Of a stretch of DNA of 64,000 nt, positions 39,953-53,310 are shown piece after piece; within the stretch, counting starts at the first letter, position 1; the number at the start of each line of letters is the position of its first letter. The position numbers and the translations under genes were made by a program. The stretch is from positions 49,476,001 through 49,540,000 of the forward strand of contig NC_043006.1 of assembly GCF_006345805.1 (NCBI RefSeq), read 5' to 3'. The notes under the pieces were generated by a model. That model worked only from the letters and a program-made list of their open reading frames with translations. It did no database searches and was not told the origin of the DNA. The DNA is from Octopus sinensis. Taxonomy: Eukaryota.

Positions 39953-40749
39953 GTACATACACTTATATACATACACATTTATTTAGATATATCCATATGG
40001 ATATATTTATAGAAATATCACACAAGATCAAATATACACAAATATAAGCAGACAGAAATATCAATATTTGCAGTTCACCCAAATATGAGCATAATTGTGC
40101 TTGTGAGTAATTGCAAAGTTGACAGAGTGAGTGTGTGTGAGTTAGAGGAATGGAGAGTGACAGAGGCAGTGTGTACATGTTTGTGTGTATCCGTGTGTAT
40201 ATGTGTATGTATGTGTGTGTGTGTGTGTGCGTGTGCGAGAGAGAGACGATGAGATAAACTGAATGTGTTCGCGTATATGGAAAATAGTGCAGAGGAAATT
40301 GTGTGCGCGTGCGTGGCGTGTGTGTGTGTGTGTGAGCGTGTGTGTGCGTGCTCAGCGGTCTTGTTGACCGTAGAGCATGTGTAAGTGTATGTATGTGTGT
40401 GTGTGCATATGTTGTTTGTATGCGTGTGTGTGTGTGTGAGAGAGAGAGAGAGTGGGGAGAGAAAGAGAGGTGGACGTAGGCATTGTGCGTGTGTATGTGT
40501 GTGAAAGAGCGTAAGTGTGTACAGCAGAAATAGGTTGTGTGCGAGCGTGTGGGTATACATATATGTGTGTATATATGTGTGTATGTATGTTTATACTTTG
40601 GTATGTGCTCGAGGGAGACAAGTGGGAGGTAGTTTATGTTTATGTGTGACTTTTTCTATATATGAGCGTGTGGAAAGTAAGAACTGGAGTGAGGGAAAGA
40701 GAGAAGAGGAAAAGGGACGGGAAACATAGAGAGCGAAGGAGAGAGACAG

Positions 40750-40781
<32 letters not shown>

Positions 40782-41904
40782 AAGAGAAAGAGAAAGAGAG
40801 AGAGAGAGAGATAATTCGTATGCATGGTAAAGTCTGTGTTTATGTATATATATATATATGTTTGGAAGATCTGTCAATACCATACACGAAACTCTTCCGC
40901 TTCTCACATAAAACTAGAAGATGGAGCCTTTCTATACAATTTCAGTAGACTTCTCTATAAAAGTCTAGACTATCTCCTGCAATCACGTATTGAACATTGC
41001 TCCATCTCCTCCGCCTGCTCACAACTCCACTTTTTTCAGTCATAAACAACAACAACAACAACAGTAGCAGTAGCAGCACCAGCAGCAGCAGCAAATGTAA
41101 CTAATAAGCAAATCAAAGGACGAATAAAATAAAATGAAATTGTCTGTAAAATTCCTAATATTGAAAGCTGCCCGCCAAGTTTGTCTTTCTTCCGCTTTTA
41201 TAATTCTACTGAATCCAGTCAGTTCGACTGTGATCATGCTGGAATCCCACCGTCATCTGTTTAAGAAGATTTAGAAGCTAACGAAGCTGTCTATAGCAGC
41301 CGATTCTTAGTCATATGTTGCTGTTTTTCTTTTTTTTTTTTTTTTTAATTTAAAAAATACAGAAAAGAACGCATTAACTAATGTCCTAGATGCATTATAT
41401 CTGAGACAACAGTGGGTGGTCACAGCTGGAATGCTTTTATTCATATATTTTCTCGATTATGACAAGACTTGTGCCTGAGTAACAATAAGATAAACTCAAC
41501 CACCCCACCTCTACCACTAACTCTACCAAGAGCACCAGCTGATGACGGAGCCTCTCTGCGGTCATTCTACTTTACAGCAATTGCGGTCAAATCCCACCTT
41601 GCTGGTTTTGTTTTAAAAGGTCAAGTTAATCAGAGCTGACCAGGGGAGAGAAGTGAACGATAAGAACGAAGACGACAACGACGACGACGGTGACAGCAAC
41701 AACATCAGTAGAGGTGCAATGACCCAGTGGTTAGGGCAGCGGACTCGCGGTCGTAAGAACGCGGTTTCGATTCCCAGACCGGGCATTATGAGTGTTTATT
41801 GAGCAAAAACACCTAAGCTCTACGAGGCCTCGGCGGGGAGGGGTGGTGAACTCCGCTGTACTCTTTCACCACAACTTTCTCTCACTCTTTCTTCCTACTT
41901 CTGC

Positions 41905-42591
41905 CACAAAGCACTATGGTGTGGTAAACTTTCAGACCTTTAGTCTAGATTGCGAATCCTCTGTACCCCAGGATGGTTCAGCTCTCCACCCGTTAAAAGC
42001 CACCATTTACGGAATGAGGAAAAAAACGTAGCTTTCGCGCCCGTCTAACGCGTGTTGTGGGTGGATCCTCAATTTGTGGCTAATGGCGTGAGCCCTGATT
42101 GGAAGAAGAAGAAGAACAACAACAACAACTTACAATGTATGGTGAAGATCAAACCTCAGTCGGTTTCGCCGATAAGCACTCAGTTGCCTGAGCAAGTGAT
42201 CTAATTAGTCATTAAATTAATGCGTATATGGCTGAATATTCTGCAGACCCGTGCACCACGGGGCAGTCAGCATGACTTGATGTAAGAAGGCTGGACCTTT
42301 GAGTTATATGTATATTCAATCTGACGGGCTTCTACAGTTTCGTCTTACCTAATTTCTTTCCAAGATTGGGGGTGGGGCACCCGAGACCTTGATAAAAGGC
42401 AATCGTCCAAGTAGGATCGAACCAAGGAAATTATTTAATTTCTCAGCCGTACTAACTGCGAAAGCTACGTTTTTTTCCTCATTCCGTAAATGGTGGCTTT
42501 TAACGGGTGGAGAGCTGAACCATCCTGGGGTACAGAGGATTCGCAATCTAGACTAAAGGTCTGAAAGTTTACCACACCATAGTGCTTTGTG
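41905..42591. repeat. Perfect 134-bp inverted duplication with a 419-bp spacer
   Basis: 41905-42038 is the exact reverse complement of 42458-42591 by eye. The left arm truncates a SINE. No TSD seen. Confidence 0.85.
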
Positions 42592-42697
42592 TTAATTATA
42601 ATGTTAATTTCCTTGCTAGAAATAGCAGCTAAAATACTCTGCTATCTTAAAAACTGAAGGTCACATTGGATAATATCATCCTAATCGCACCATATAC

Positions 42698-43095
42698 TCT
42701 TTACGTTTTTACTTGTTTTAGTCATTTGACTGTGGCCATGCTGGAACACCGCCTTTAGTCGAGCAAATCAACCCCAGGACTTATTCTTTGTAAGCCTAGT
42801 ACTTATTCTAACAGTCTCTTTTGCCGAACCGCTAAGTTACGGGGACGTAAACACACCAGCATCGGTGTTGGGGGGGGGGACAAACACAGACACATATACA
42901 CACACACACACATACATATATATACATATATACGACGGGCTTCTTTCAATTTCCGTCTACCAAATCCACTCACAAGGCTTTGGTCGGCCCGAGACTATAG
43001 TAGAAGACACTTGCCCAAGGTGCCACGCAGGGAGACTGAACCAGGAACCATTTGGTTCGTAAGCAAGCTACTTACCACACAGCCACTCCTACGCC
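42698..43095 (-). mobile_element. SINE family B
   Basis: Reverse complement of the 18842-19235 architecture. Confidence 0.88.
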
Positions 43096-44112
43096 TAAAT
43101 AACCAAGATGATCTCAAGTGGAACGCTTTTATTATTAATGTCTACAAGGTTGCTTCGGAGCTGATCCACAACAAAACACTACGTAAAACAATAAAATTTA
43201 AGGAGATCTACTTCTATTCTCCTTCTCACTGTATTTCAGTTAGTTTTGCTACTGGAAAATGGGTGAACGTCAAAATTTCGTGTTTATCAGCTGTTAATGA
43301 ATAGCAGTATTTTCCGCAGACCGCTTGACTCTAATCGCTTTCAAACTATTTGAGTCAAGCAGTCAGTTACATACTAATTACATCCGCTATTCACTAGCTA
43401 ATAGTACACCAACCACAACCCACACGTCTCTCTTTTCACCGCCACCGAATGCCCCACTTTTCCCAAGCCACGTCCTAAATAAAATTTGCCCTATAATTCC
43501 TTTCCATCATACTCTACCTTCCCTTTTTCCTTCCTTACTCCCCGCCCCTAATGAGAACGGCTGCCTCAGAAATCAAACTCTTTCTGAACCAACGTCCTGC
43601 AAGCAGAAGTAAATATAATTAGCATTCGAAATTTGGTTGCTATTTCTAGATGGTCGAGAAACAGCAGCTTGTGGATCTTAGCTCTCCGTAATTTTAATTC
43701 CTCTAGACTACAAGACTCTAGACTACAGAAAAGAAGAACGCATTAAATAATATCCTAGATACATTATATCTGAGACAACAGTGGGCAGGTCAACCAGCGG
43801 CCCCACAATACCAAGGAAATACCAAGAACTCGTTCAAAAGCAGCCATTGTGAACCGTGGCTATGATGCTGACATCCAGTTGCCTCCGAAGCCAGATCGAA
43901 GCTATTATTGAGGCTGTTGGGACGTTAATGAAATAACCCATTTCTTTAATATATCAAATTGAACATGTGCACCATTTAAAAAAAAAAATAAATATACTTT
44001 ATATATTAGTTTCTGCTCACATTTTGTTCTCAACACCTGGCACATACGCTCGCTCACACACACGCACATGCACACACACACACAGACACCCCCCACACCC
44101 CCACACACATGG

Positions 44113-44248
<136 letters not shown>

Positions 44249-44916
44249 CCTACCTGTCTGTCTGTCTGGTTGTCTGTCCGCCTGTCTATCTCTTTGTCTA
44301 TCTGTGTATGTGTGCGTGTGTGAGGCACTGCATGTGCGTAGGAGTTCGCACGTGCTTGTGTCCGTGCGTGCATTCGAGCATGCGCATGTGCGTATGTGTG
44401 TGTGTGTGTGTGTGTGCGGACGCTGATGTACTCTTGCATGGCTACTCGCAAATATTTATAACCAGCGACCAAGTGATACCAATGAACTGAAAAATCAGAC
44501 GACCGGATAAGCAGAAAAGACGTGCATAAGTTTGTATGACTATACATATTTATTGATGGATATAAATCAACGGGCAGTCAGATACGTCGTCCATGTACGG
44601 AGGAGGAATAGCTGGAGAGCAAGATAGATTGTCAAATAGACAGACGCATACATGGATATATAAATTGATGAAAATATAATTGGGTATACAAACGTATAGA
44701 TAGACATATGTAAAGGTGGATAGATGGATAGTTGGATGGGTTGGCGAAGAGATAGTGAGTTCAGTGGGTATTAACATAGTAATAAAATAAGTCAGATAGA
44801 AAATATGACCGTCATATTGACTGATTCGAACATGGAGATCAAATTGCCATCTTGTTATAAAAATAGTCAACGAGATTCATATACACAGACACCCCACCTC
44901 ACACACGCATATATAT

Positions 44917-44955
<39 letters not shown>

Positions 44956-45285
44956 CATGGCTCAGTGGTTAGAGCGTCGAGCTTACGATCGTGAGGTTGT
45001 GAGCTCGAATCCCGGACCGGGCTGCGTGTTGTGTTCTTGAGCAAGGCACTTTATTTCACGTTGCTCCAGTTCACTCAGCTGTAGAAATGAGTTGCGACGT
45101 CACTGGTGCCAAGCTGTATCGACCTTTGTCTCTCCCTTGGATAACACTGGCGGCGTGGAGAGGGGAGGCTGGTATGCATGGGCGACTGCTGGTCTTCCAT
45201 AAACAACCTTGCCCGGACTTGTGTCTAGGAGGGTAACTTTCTAGGTGCAATCCCATGGTCATTCATGACCGAAGGGGGTCTTTAC
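44956..45285 (+). mobile_element. tRNA/CORE-type SINE (family D), nearly full length
   Basis: A box TGGCTCAGTGG, B-box-like CTCGAATCCC, CORE-like TTCTTGAGCAAGGCACTTTATTTCACGTTGCTCCAGTTCACTCAGCTGTAGAAATG. Degenerate CORE relatives lie at ~32470-32590 and ~45590-45690. Confidence 0.88.
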
Positions 45286-45711
45286 TTTATATATATATAT
45301 ATATATATAGACAGATACACGCAGATAAGTGGAGTGAATATAGGCAATCCAGTCTAGCAGTGCATGTGAACCTTTTCCAGCACTTTTCTATACGACCTGG
45401 GAGGGCCCGTAACTTCCCCTACAGTCGTTAAGTAGATTACTATAACTTCGGTTACCATGACTAGATTGGAATGGTTTTCCGTTTTCTTTCGCCAGGCGGG
45501 ATTTGAACTCAGAATGTAGTGAACCGGAAGAGATACTGCGAAGCATCTCTGCTGACGTGCCAACGCTTCTGCTTCTCTCCCACCCCATCAGAGCAGTGTT
45601 AAATGAAGTGTTTTACTCAAGAACACAACACGCTGCTCTGTTTGGGAATCGACCCCCTGATCTAGCGATCAGGAATGCAACAACGTAAACAGTAGGTCAC
45701 GTGTCTTCACG

Positions 45712-45772
<61 letters not shown>

Positions 45773-46202
45773 ATAACGATAACAAGGTCACATTATATGC
45801 ATATATGCATACACATATGCACTTACCTACATATATATATGTATGCATACATGTATATATGGGTACAGGACATCAAAAAAACGTTGAACACAATGAGAAA
45901 CGAAAACATAAATACAAAAACATAGAAACGAACTTTTTTTCGAATAACGAAAAAAGTAAACAGAAAAACGAGACATGCAACATAAAGAATATTCCCCTTC
46001 ATCAGTTGTTCCTGTTTCATCTACTCCAAGTTTCGAATATATATATATATATATAATATATGTATGTATATATATATATATAAACAATTTAACACTAAAA
46101 TGAAGAATTACCCAATACTTTTTAGTAGAGCGCATGTTTATTCTGTATTAAACTTAAAAGAAGTGGGGCAACAGCGACTCGAAAGTTTCTCCTGGTAGCC
46201 TT

Positions 46203-46235
<33 letters not shown>

Positions 46236-46244
46236 ACACACACA

Positions 46245-46275
<31 letters not shown>

Positions 46276-46277
46276 CA

Positions 46278-46620
46278 CCCACACATCAAAACATCTGTCA
46301 AGCGTAAACATAACAGGCCCGATATTGCACTTTAGGACACACATGAAAAAGTATGTACCGTCATAGAGGTCAACTGTCCTGCTGATGTGACTATCCCGTT
46401 GAAAATCAAAGATAACCATGGACAACTGCTCCGAAACCTTCATTCTGTATCGGGTTACAAATTTACATTTATATCAACAATAATTGGTGCACTTGATTTT
46501 GTAAGTAAATGCTTAACTGTCAGTCTGTATAAACTTGGATTTCCAGAAAAAGAAATCAACCAACTGATTTGCACATTACAAATACAAGACATTTTTCATG
46601 TTGAAAATGTGACCTTATTA
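46278..46620 (+). mobile_element. RLE-type LINE endonuclease fragment
   Basis: IKTSVKRKHNRPDI...CTVIEVNCPADV...YKFTFISTIIGALDFVSKCL...LGF. Confidence 0.6.
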
Positions 46621-46894
46621 TCGTTATATATATTCCAACGATGGCACTTTTTTATCTTTGTTAGAAACCAGCTCATTCTTCAGAGGATGAATTTAAATAA
46701 GTAAAAACAGAAAACAACATACATACATACATGCATGCATGCATACATACATACATACATACATATACATACATACATACATACATACATACATACATAC
46801 AATACATACATACATACATACTACATACATACCATACATACATACATACATACTACATACATACATACATACATACATAACATACATACATACA

Positions 46895-46926
<32 letters not shown>

Positions 46927-47900
46927 CATACATACATACTACATACATACATACATACATACATCACCAGGGCACATGTGTTTCCGGTAGGAGAGACTCC
47001 TCAATCGAATTCACCCAGTGCTATCTATTTGATGCCAGATTTTGTTTCGAGTCTTACTCGTCACACCACGTCTGAGAGTTTGGTATGGTGCTTGTGAACA
47101 CTTTAACAAAATTTGTTTCAAAGCACTGAGATCCAGGACAAATATCGCAAGGAATCCAGCCCAACATTCGTACAGTTCCGACAACTCACTGCCCTGGATT
47201 CGTACTTTTTTAAATCACCTCAAGATGATAAAAGTGGGGGCGGAAATGATCTCGGTGGGATTTGACCTCAAAGCACCGAAATTCAGAATGTACTTCTCGA
47301 GGTACTCAATGCAATGCTCTAACGACTCTACCAATTCACTGTCTGGTGTATACTCAAAATCATTGTGTTCATTAATCAAATAAATTAATTAAATACATGA
47401 AAGTTGTAAACAGTTGTCATGTCTCTCATACAACTTCACAGTCGACAGTAAAAGAGCGATGGCTGGATGACATCATTTCCGCATTTTATAGCCACTGTGA
47501 AATGATAATCTAATTTACATATTTCATTTAATTTTAACGACCAGACATATTCTGCTCACGTTGTTGAGTACATTAATTTGTTTGTTTTCAATGGTATGTT
47601 TATGTGCAGTGAATCTTTAAATGGCTCTCATGTTTATTTTACCACCTCACTTTAGACAGTAGAATTGGTTTGGGCTGGACGATGTCACTTCCGGATGATT
47701 AACTTTCGCCCAAAATCGAATACCCTGCATTTTATAGCCACTGCGAAACGGTAGTCTAATTTATATATTTTGTCTAATTTTAACGACCAGACATATTCTG
47801 CTCATGTTGTTGAATGCACTAACACATACATAGCTGAAAGAGAGATAGATTGACAGATAGATAGAAAGATATATAGATAGATAAGCTGTGGTTTACTTAC

Positions 47901-48403
47901 CGTCTGACACTTCAAATTCATGGACGTATTCAGGACATTCGTTGAAGACCCTTGTTTTTTCTGGGGTTCTTTTCCAGCAGCTGAAACCATCCCAAGTCGG
48001 CGGACATGTTGGCCTATCATCTGCCACTTGCGAAATGTTTATATCCTTTTGTTGTTCTTCACAACACGTAAAGCTCCTTTACAGCACGATTTCCATCGTC
48101 CACACTCCTCTTGATTGTCGAAAGCAGAGCAGAACCGCGCTATTACAGTTTCATTTTCTATGTCCGGCTCCGCAGTATAATTGTCTTTTATGATGGTCAT
48201 TTTATTTTCACGCTCTCTTTCGAGAATATTCAATCGCGGGAATATAAAGATATAACACATGGAACAAGTTATCAGTTTGAACACGCCACGAGAATGGAAA
48301 CCGCTTCGGTCTCTACAAATCACCGGCGACATTGGTATAATTGTGTTCTTCCGTTTTAATTTGTCCTGTTTTGTTTGGTCTTCTTTTAACTTATTTTTTT
48401 TCT
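47901..48403 (-). CDS. Class B1 (secretin-family) GPCR, ectodomain exon with a Cys-rich extension and the first half of the hormone-receptor (HRM) domain; one apparent 1-nt deletion near 48065
   Basis: Minus strand reads SPVICRDRSGFHSRGVFKLITCSMCYIFIFP...ARFCSAFDNQEECGRWKSCCKGAL, then in the next frame CCEEQQKDINISQVADDRPTCPPTWDGFSCWKRTPEKTRVFNECPEYVHEFEVSD. CxxxWDGxxCWxxTP...CPxY is the class B GPCR HRM signature. The exon ends at a canonical donor G|GTAAGT (phase 1). The 5' boundary is uncertain (weak AAG acceptor at 48404-48406). Confidence 0.88.
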
Positions 48404-48912
48404 CTTGTGACACAAACACGCATGCAAAAAATGGCGGCAGTGGTAGCAACAACAACAATACCAACAGCAACAACAATACGACAATAAAAAGCAATAAACA
48501 AGAATGATAGTCACAAAAACAAATAGCAAAAATGACAATGAAAATGCCAACACAAACAACAAAAGCAGAGACAGCAAATGCAACGGAAAAGGTAGCGACA
48601 ATCACAATAGCAACAAAAATAATAGCATTAGCAACGTCAGTGGTACAAGCACTGACGTTAACAATAGGAACAAAAGCAACAAATAATAAGAACAACAACA
48701 AGAAGAACAGTAACAATTACAACAACAATAACTAAAATAGCAGCAATAACTGCAATATCAACACTAACAGAGACCTCACCTGCACAAACCTTCACGACCA
48801 GCGATACTAACAGGCTACACTGACAACAGTACTGATTCCCACTCGACCAATACCTTCATCACCACCATTACCACAAAGAAGAAGAAGATGTAGAAGAGGA
48901 AGAAGGAGGAGA

Positions 48913-48946
<34 letters not shown>

Positions 48947-49395
48947 AACAGTAGGAACAAAAACAACAGCAACAATATATTCAATTAACTATATAAAGCC
49001 TTGAAGTTCTTCAATACGTGATGAGGTTTAAAGTCAGTATTTTTTTTATTTCTCGATAAGTGTTGATTCTTTTAGTGCGAAATGTTTCTTAAAGACATTT
49101 GATGCATCATGAGAAAACTACTTCCCAAACAATAATCATAATGTTCGTTTGAAAAAGAAAGAAACGAGTAAATAAATGCAGAAAGATCAATACATAAGCA
49201 ATGATAGCATTTTCTTTTCTTCTTCTTTTTTCTTTCTTTCTTCCTTTCTTTCTTTGTTCTCCAATTGCAGATTTATTTTCTCACTGTCTTCCGATTTCCT
49301 TCCAATTGTACGTTTCGGATTTTTTTCTATCACGTTACTGCATAATATATATAATTAAGGAATATTAAGAGATAATTAGTGGTGTTAAGATGACA

Positions 49396-49431
<36 letters not shown>

Positions 49432-49445
49432 AATCATTATGTTTG

Positions 49446-49486
<41 letters not shown>

Positions 49487-49573
49487 TGTAAAACAATATA
49501 CCTATATAAGATACCTATACCACACAGATATAGAAGACAAAAAAATAAATGAATTTTAATAAGTATCTAGATT

Positions 49574-49639
<66 letters not shown>

Positions 49640-49989
49640 TAGTAAATAATGTAATAATATATTCTAGCAAATTGTTTGGTCTTAAAAAAATTGCAGTTAT
49701 TTGGTTTTTGTATTATTTTCATTCAGAAGGTGTGTATAAGTTTGTGTGTGTATGCGAGTGTGCGTGCGTGTGTGTGTATGTGCGTGTATGTGCATAAGTG
49801 TTAATACATACATTCACATACATACATACATACATGCATGCATACATGTATGTATGCATACATACTGACACACATATATATCCTTTAATATACACGATTA
49901 CAAAAGGGCAACGAATAGTTTCATGCTTTTGAGATACATTAAGTTGGTAGGTTTATGTAATATGCTCTAACAACAACAACAACAACAAT

Positions 49990-50720
49990 GGTCTCAGATT
50001 TTTCCACACGTGACAGCCGGACAATGAACAAGTGTGTCCAGAACGGCTTCGTTGCACATACGATAAGTCCGTCTGACAGCACTTCCGTGGCTATAAGTTT
50101 ATCTCGAACCTGTAGCGCCCCCACCCGATGGCACTGCTCAAACATAAACATCTGGAGATTATCCATGGTAGTCTCTGAGAGGAAAGCACCTCGGAACTGA
50201 CCGGCCAGTTCGGTTCTGTCGACGCTTAGAATCTCTCCAAGAACGTCGTCGCACTCGCACGCCACTAATCTTTAATATATTGCCAAAGTGGAACATCCAC
50301 CACTCTCACTGCCTGACTGGTGGAAGGCTGTGAGCGCCTGACGATACTCTGGATGCCAGGCGTCCAGTCTCGGTCTTTTTTTTTTTTCAATCAGGACTGC
50401 AACTCCGTCAAGGAGACGAGCTGCGGAAAGACGTACCTCTCAAACGGATCGTATACACGTTCATCGTCAAAAAATCGCAGTAGGTGGCGCAATCTGAGCG
50501 CGCGTCTGCGCATCAGAAACCAAAGCATGCCTAATCGTCACGCAGGTAACCTACTTGCTGGCAATAGCGAAGAAAGTCATGTTGCTGATGCAGCTAAAAC
50601 GTTTGATAGAGCGTTTCATGTCAAAACTCTATCAACTTTTTTTCTAGTATCGTTTAAAGAGAAAGTCGACGGTAGAAGAGAAGATGAAAGTTGCATGAAA
50701 GTGGTGAAATTAGCGTGATT
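49990..50720 (-). promoter_or_regulatory. CpG-rich non-repetitive segment; candidate promoter/5' exon of the GPCR
   Basis: Visibly GC- and CpG-rich against an AT-rich background, about 1.6 kb upstream of the ectodomain exon. On the minus strand there is a Kozak-like ACTACCATGG (ATG at 50166-50164) and a GTATGT donor-like site near 50061. There is a CTCF-like motif at 50477-50490. No transcript evidence. Confidence 0.4.
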
Positions 50721-51035
50721 AAATAGGCTTGCTGTAACTATACGTCCGTACAAGCAAAAACTGTAAGGAGACATTAACCTTTGATGACTTACGGCAATGT
50801 AGAGTTGTGTGGAGCGCTTCTCGAACCACTGTTTATTTAACCCTCGTTTTTGTTGGTCTTAGTTTTGTTCTCTAGTAATTTTATTTAATACTAATCTATT
50901 TATAAGCGAATCTTTATTGTTATTGTTGTTCTCACTCTTTGATGTAAATTCCCCCGCTGTTTCTAGTTTCTCTCAGTTTTCTTCTTTATTTCAACTCTGA
51001 CCCCAAAGTGTTGAGAGCCTTGTGGCCAGTAACAG

Positions 51036-51069
<34 letters not shown>

Positions 51070-51458
51070 TGTTATTGTTGCTGCATATCAGTTGCATGTG
51101 CGTCAGTTATGTGGGTGCGCTCGCGTTTGTGTGTTCGTGCCTGCTGTGTACTCGTGGTCCGCGTACGTATTCAGGCTGTAACAACGTATGGGCGTGTATT
51201 CGTATGTGAGTATGTACGTTCTTGTATTTATATGTGTATAGTATGAATGAGTGCGTGCTTGTCTGGTATACACAGCTGATACATGCACCCACATATTCGC
51301 GCTTGCTATTACTCATACATGGCTGATATGTAGTAATCATGCGTACATACACTCTAGCAAATACGCACATACGCACCACACCACATCGCCACGCATAGCG
51401 GATACACACGCATTGACATCAGACACCCACATTTACGCATTCATACGTTTAGCACACA

Positions 51459-51501
<43 letters not shown>

Positions 51502-51779
51502 CCTCGTTCACAAGTCCAACAGCAAGCCGCCACTAGCTTCCTGTACAGCCAGCCAATCACACGATCCAAGAAATTCTCCTTTTTAATGCATCTGCTGTCG
51601 CTGGAATGTCGATCTCACGTTTAACAACACCATGTGACCCGCCCCAATCAATAGCAACCCAATTTCCGGTAGCCATCGTCTCCATCCGATTAACTCAGCT
51701 TGACGAGCTCAGTTTCTGTAAGAAGCTTCTTATGAAATTTCCAGTCACATGGGGCCCGAATCAAAACTGTTTTAAATAA

Positions 51780-52708
51780 AACGAGGTGGTAACAAAAGGT
51801 TTCCGGACTAGTTATGTTTAATAGAAAATAACTTATTTACCTAAATTTTAGCCCCATCTCCTTCCAAATAGTTACCTTGCGCGGAAATACCGGCCCTTGC
51901 GTCACTGCTACTTTTGGGATCCCGCCGGGAAGTCGTTTTCTGTAAGCGGATCGAGAACTTTCTGTGATTCGTTCAGGATCTCGACAACGGTGTTAAAACA
52001 GCAACTTTGAGCTGTATTTTCATCGTGGGGAAGAGATGGAAGCTCACAGGTGCTAAATTTGGGAATAGGATGGGTGCAGATGCGATATTATGTTATTTTT
52101 GGCGAAAATCTCACATTTGAGGAGAGCTCGGTGACAGGGCGCATTGTCGTCCTGAATAAGCCAATTCTTGGCGTTTCACAGATCCGGCGGTCGCCTTCGC
52201 CGAATGTCCCCCCTCAAATGTTTGAAAACGTCGTAGTAGAACTCTCAATTGACGGTCTGGCCCTGAGGGACGAATTCTCGATGCATAACACCTTATTTCC
52301 CGGGGTGACGCTCGTGGCAGGTCTTCAGATCGTCTATCATCTTCCAGAGACGCTCTTCCGTTTTTGAAGCGCCCGTGCCACTCGAAAGATTGTGTACAAC
52401 CCATGGCCTCATCGTTGTAAGCTTCCCGAAGCATACTCAATGTCTCTATAGCAGACTTCACACATTTAACGCAAATTTTCGCGTAGGCTCTTTGTTCTAA
52501 CTTCCTGTTCATGACAAAATCGCCGACCACAGCATACACGTGATCACAAATACACAAATGCTACAACTTGTAAAGTAAACACAGCGATGTCACTCGGCAC
52601 ACTGCCTCATGAAGGTCACTGCTAGCTCTCACTACACACACAACCGTGTACTGCCACCTAATGGCGCGCTACAGAACTAGTACAGGAACATTTTGATACC
52701 ACTACGTA
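51780..52708 (-). mobile_element. Internally deleted mariner with both TIRs
   Basis: TIRs ACGAGGTGGTAACAAAAGGTTTCCGGACTAG and its inverse; EQRAYAKICVK...EWHGRFKNGRASLEDDRRS; C-terminal QDNA and QGNYLEGD relics. Confidence 0.88.
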
Positions 52709-52766
52709 TATGAAACTCCTACTAAATGCTTTGAGTGTCTCTTTCTTTCGTTTTTCCACTTACCCG

Positions 52767-52818
<52 letters not shown>

Positions 52819-52915
52819 AATAAGGATAAGATAGTTAATTTAAATTAAATACGATCTTATCAAGTGGCCAGTATGGAAATAAAAGCCTTCAAACGTAATA
52901 ATTATTATTAAAATT

Positions 52916-53212
52916 ATAATTAGGGTATCTACGAGATACCACCATGCTGAAAATAGCAGCCAAAATCTGACTCTAAAACCACATCAAACGTCCATACAGC
53001 GCAAGGAGAGAAGACAAAAAGCAAAATAAAACTAGGAAAAAATTACTGGATAATCCCATAATTTATTGCATAATCCAGTAATTTTTTTACTAGTTTTATT
53101 TTGCCCTTTTGTCTTCTCTCCTTGTGCTGTATGGACGTTTGATGTGGTTTTAGAGTCAGATTTTGGCTGCTATTTTCAGCTTGGTGGTATCTCCTAGATA
53201 TTCTAAATTATA
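52916..53212. repeat. Fold-back, about 136-bp arms with a 21-nt spacer, next to (TA)n
   Basis: 52916-53051 versus 53073-53212; several substitutions; carries the GAAAATAGCAGCCAAA motif shared with the hammerhead elements. Confidence 0.8.
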
Positions 53213-53255
53213 TATATATAAATATAATATTATATTATGCACACACACACACACA

Positions 53256-53310
<55 letters not shown>

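Noticed and set aside
41350-43790. About 60-bp direct repeats at ~41350 and ~43730 as possible LTRs
   Set aside because: No TG..CA ends, PBS or TSD; they look like fragments of a dispersed repeat also seen near 42620.
45860-46030. CTGATGA on the minus strand in a (TA)n-flanked repeat
   Set aside because: No in-register GAAA, helix III or helix I could be built, so it is not called a hammerhead.
49939-50265. 108-aa ORF as a stand-alone gene
   Set aside because: No recognisable domain and it ends in a (GTT)n repeat; kept only as a candidate GPCR 5' region.
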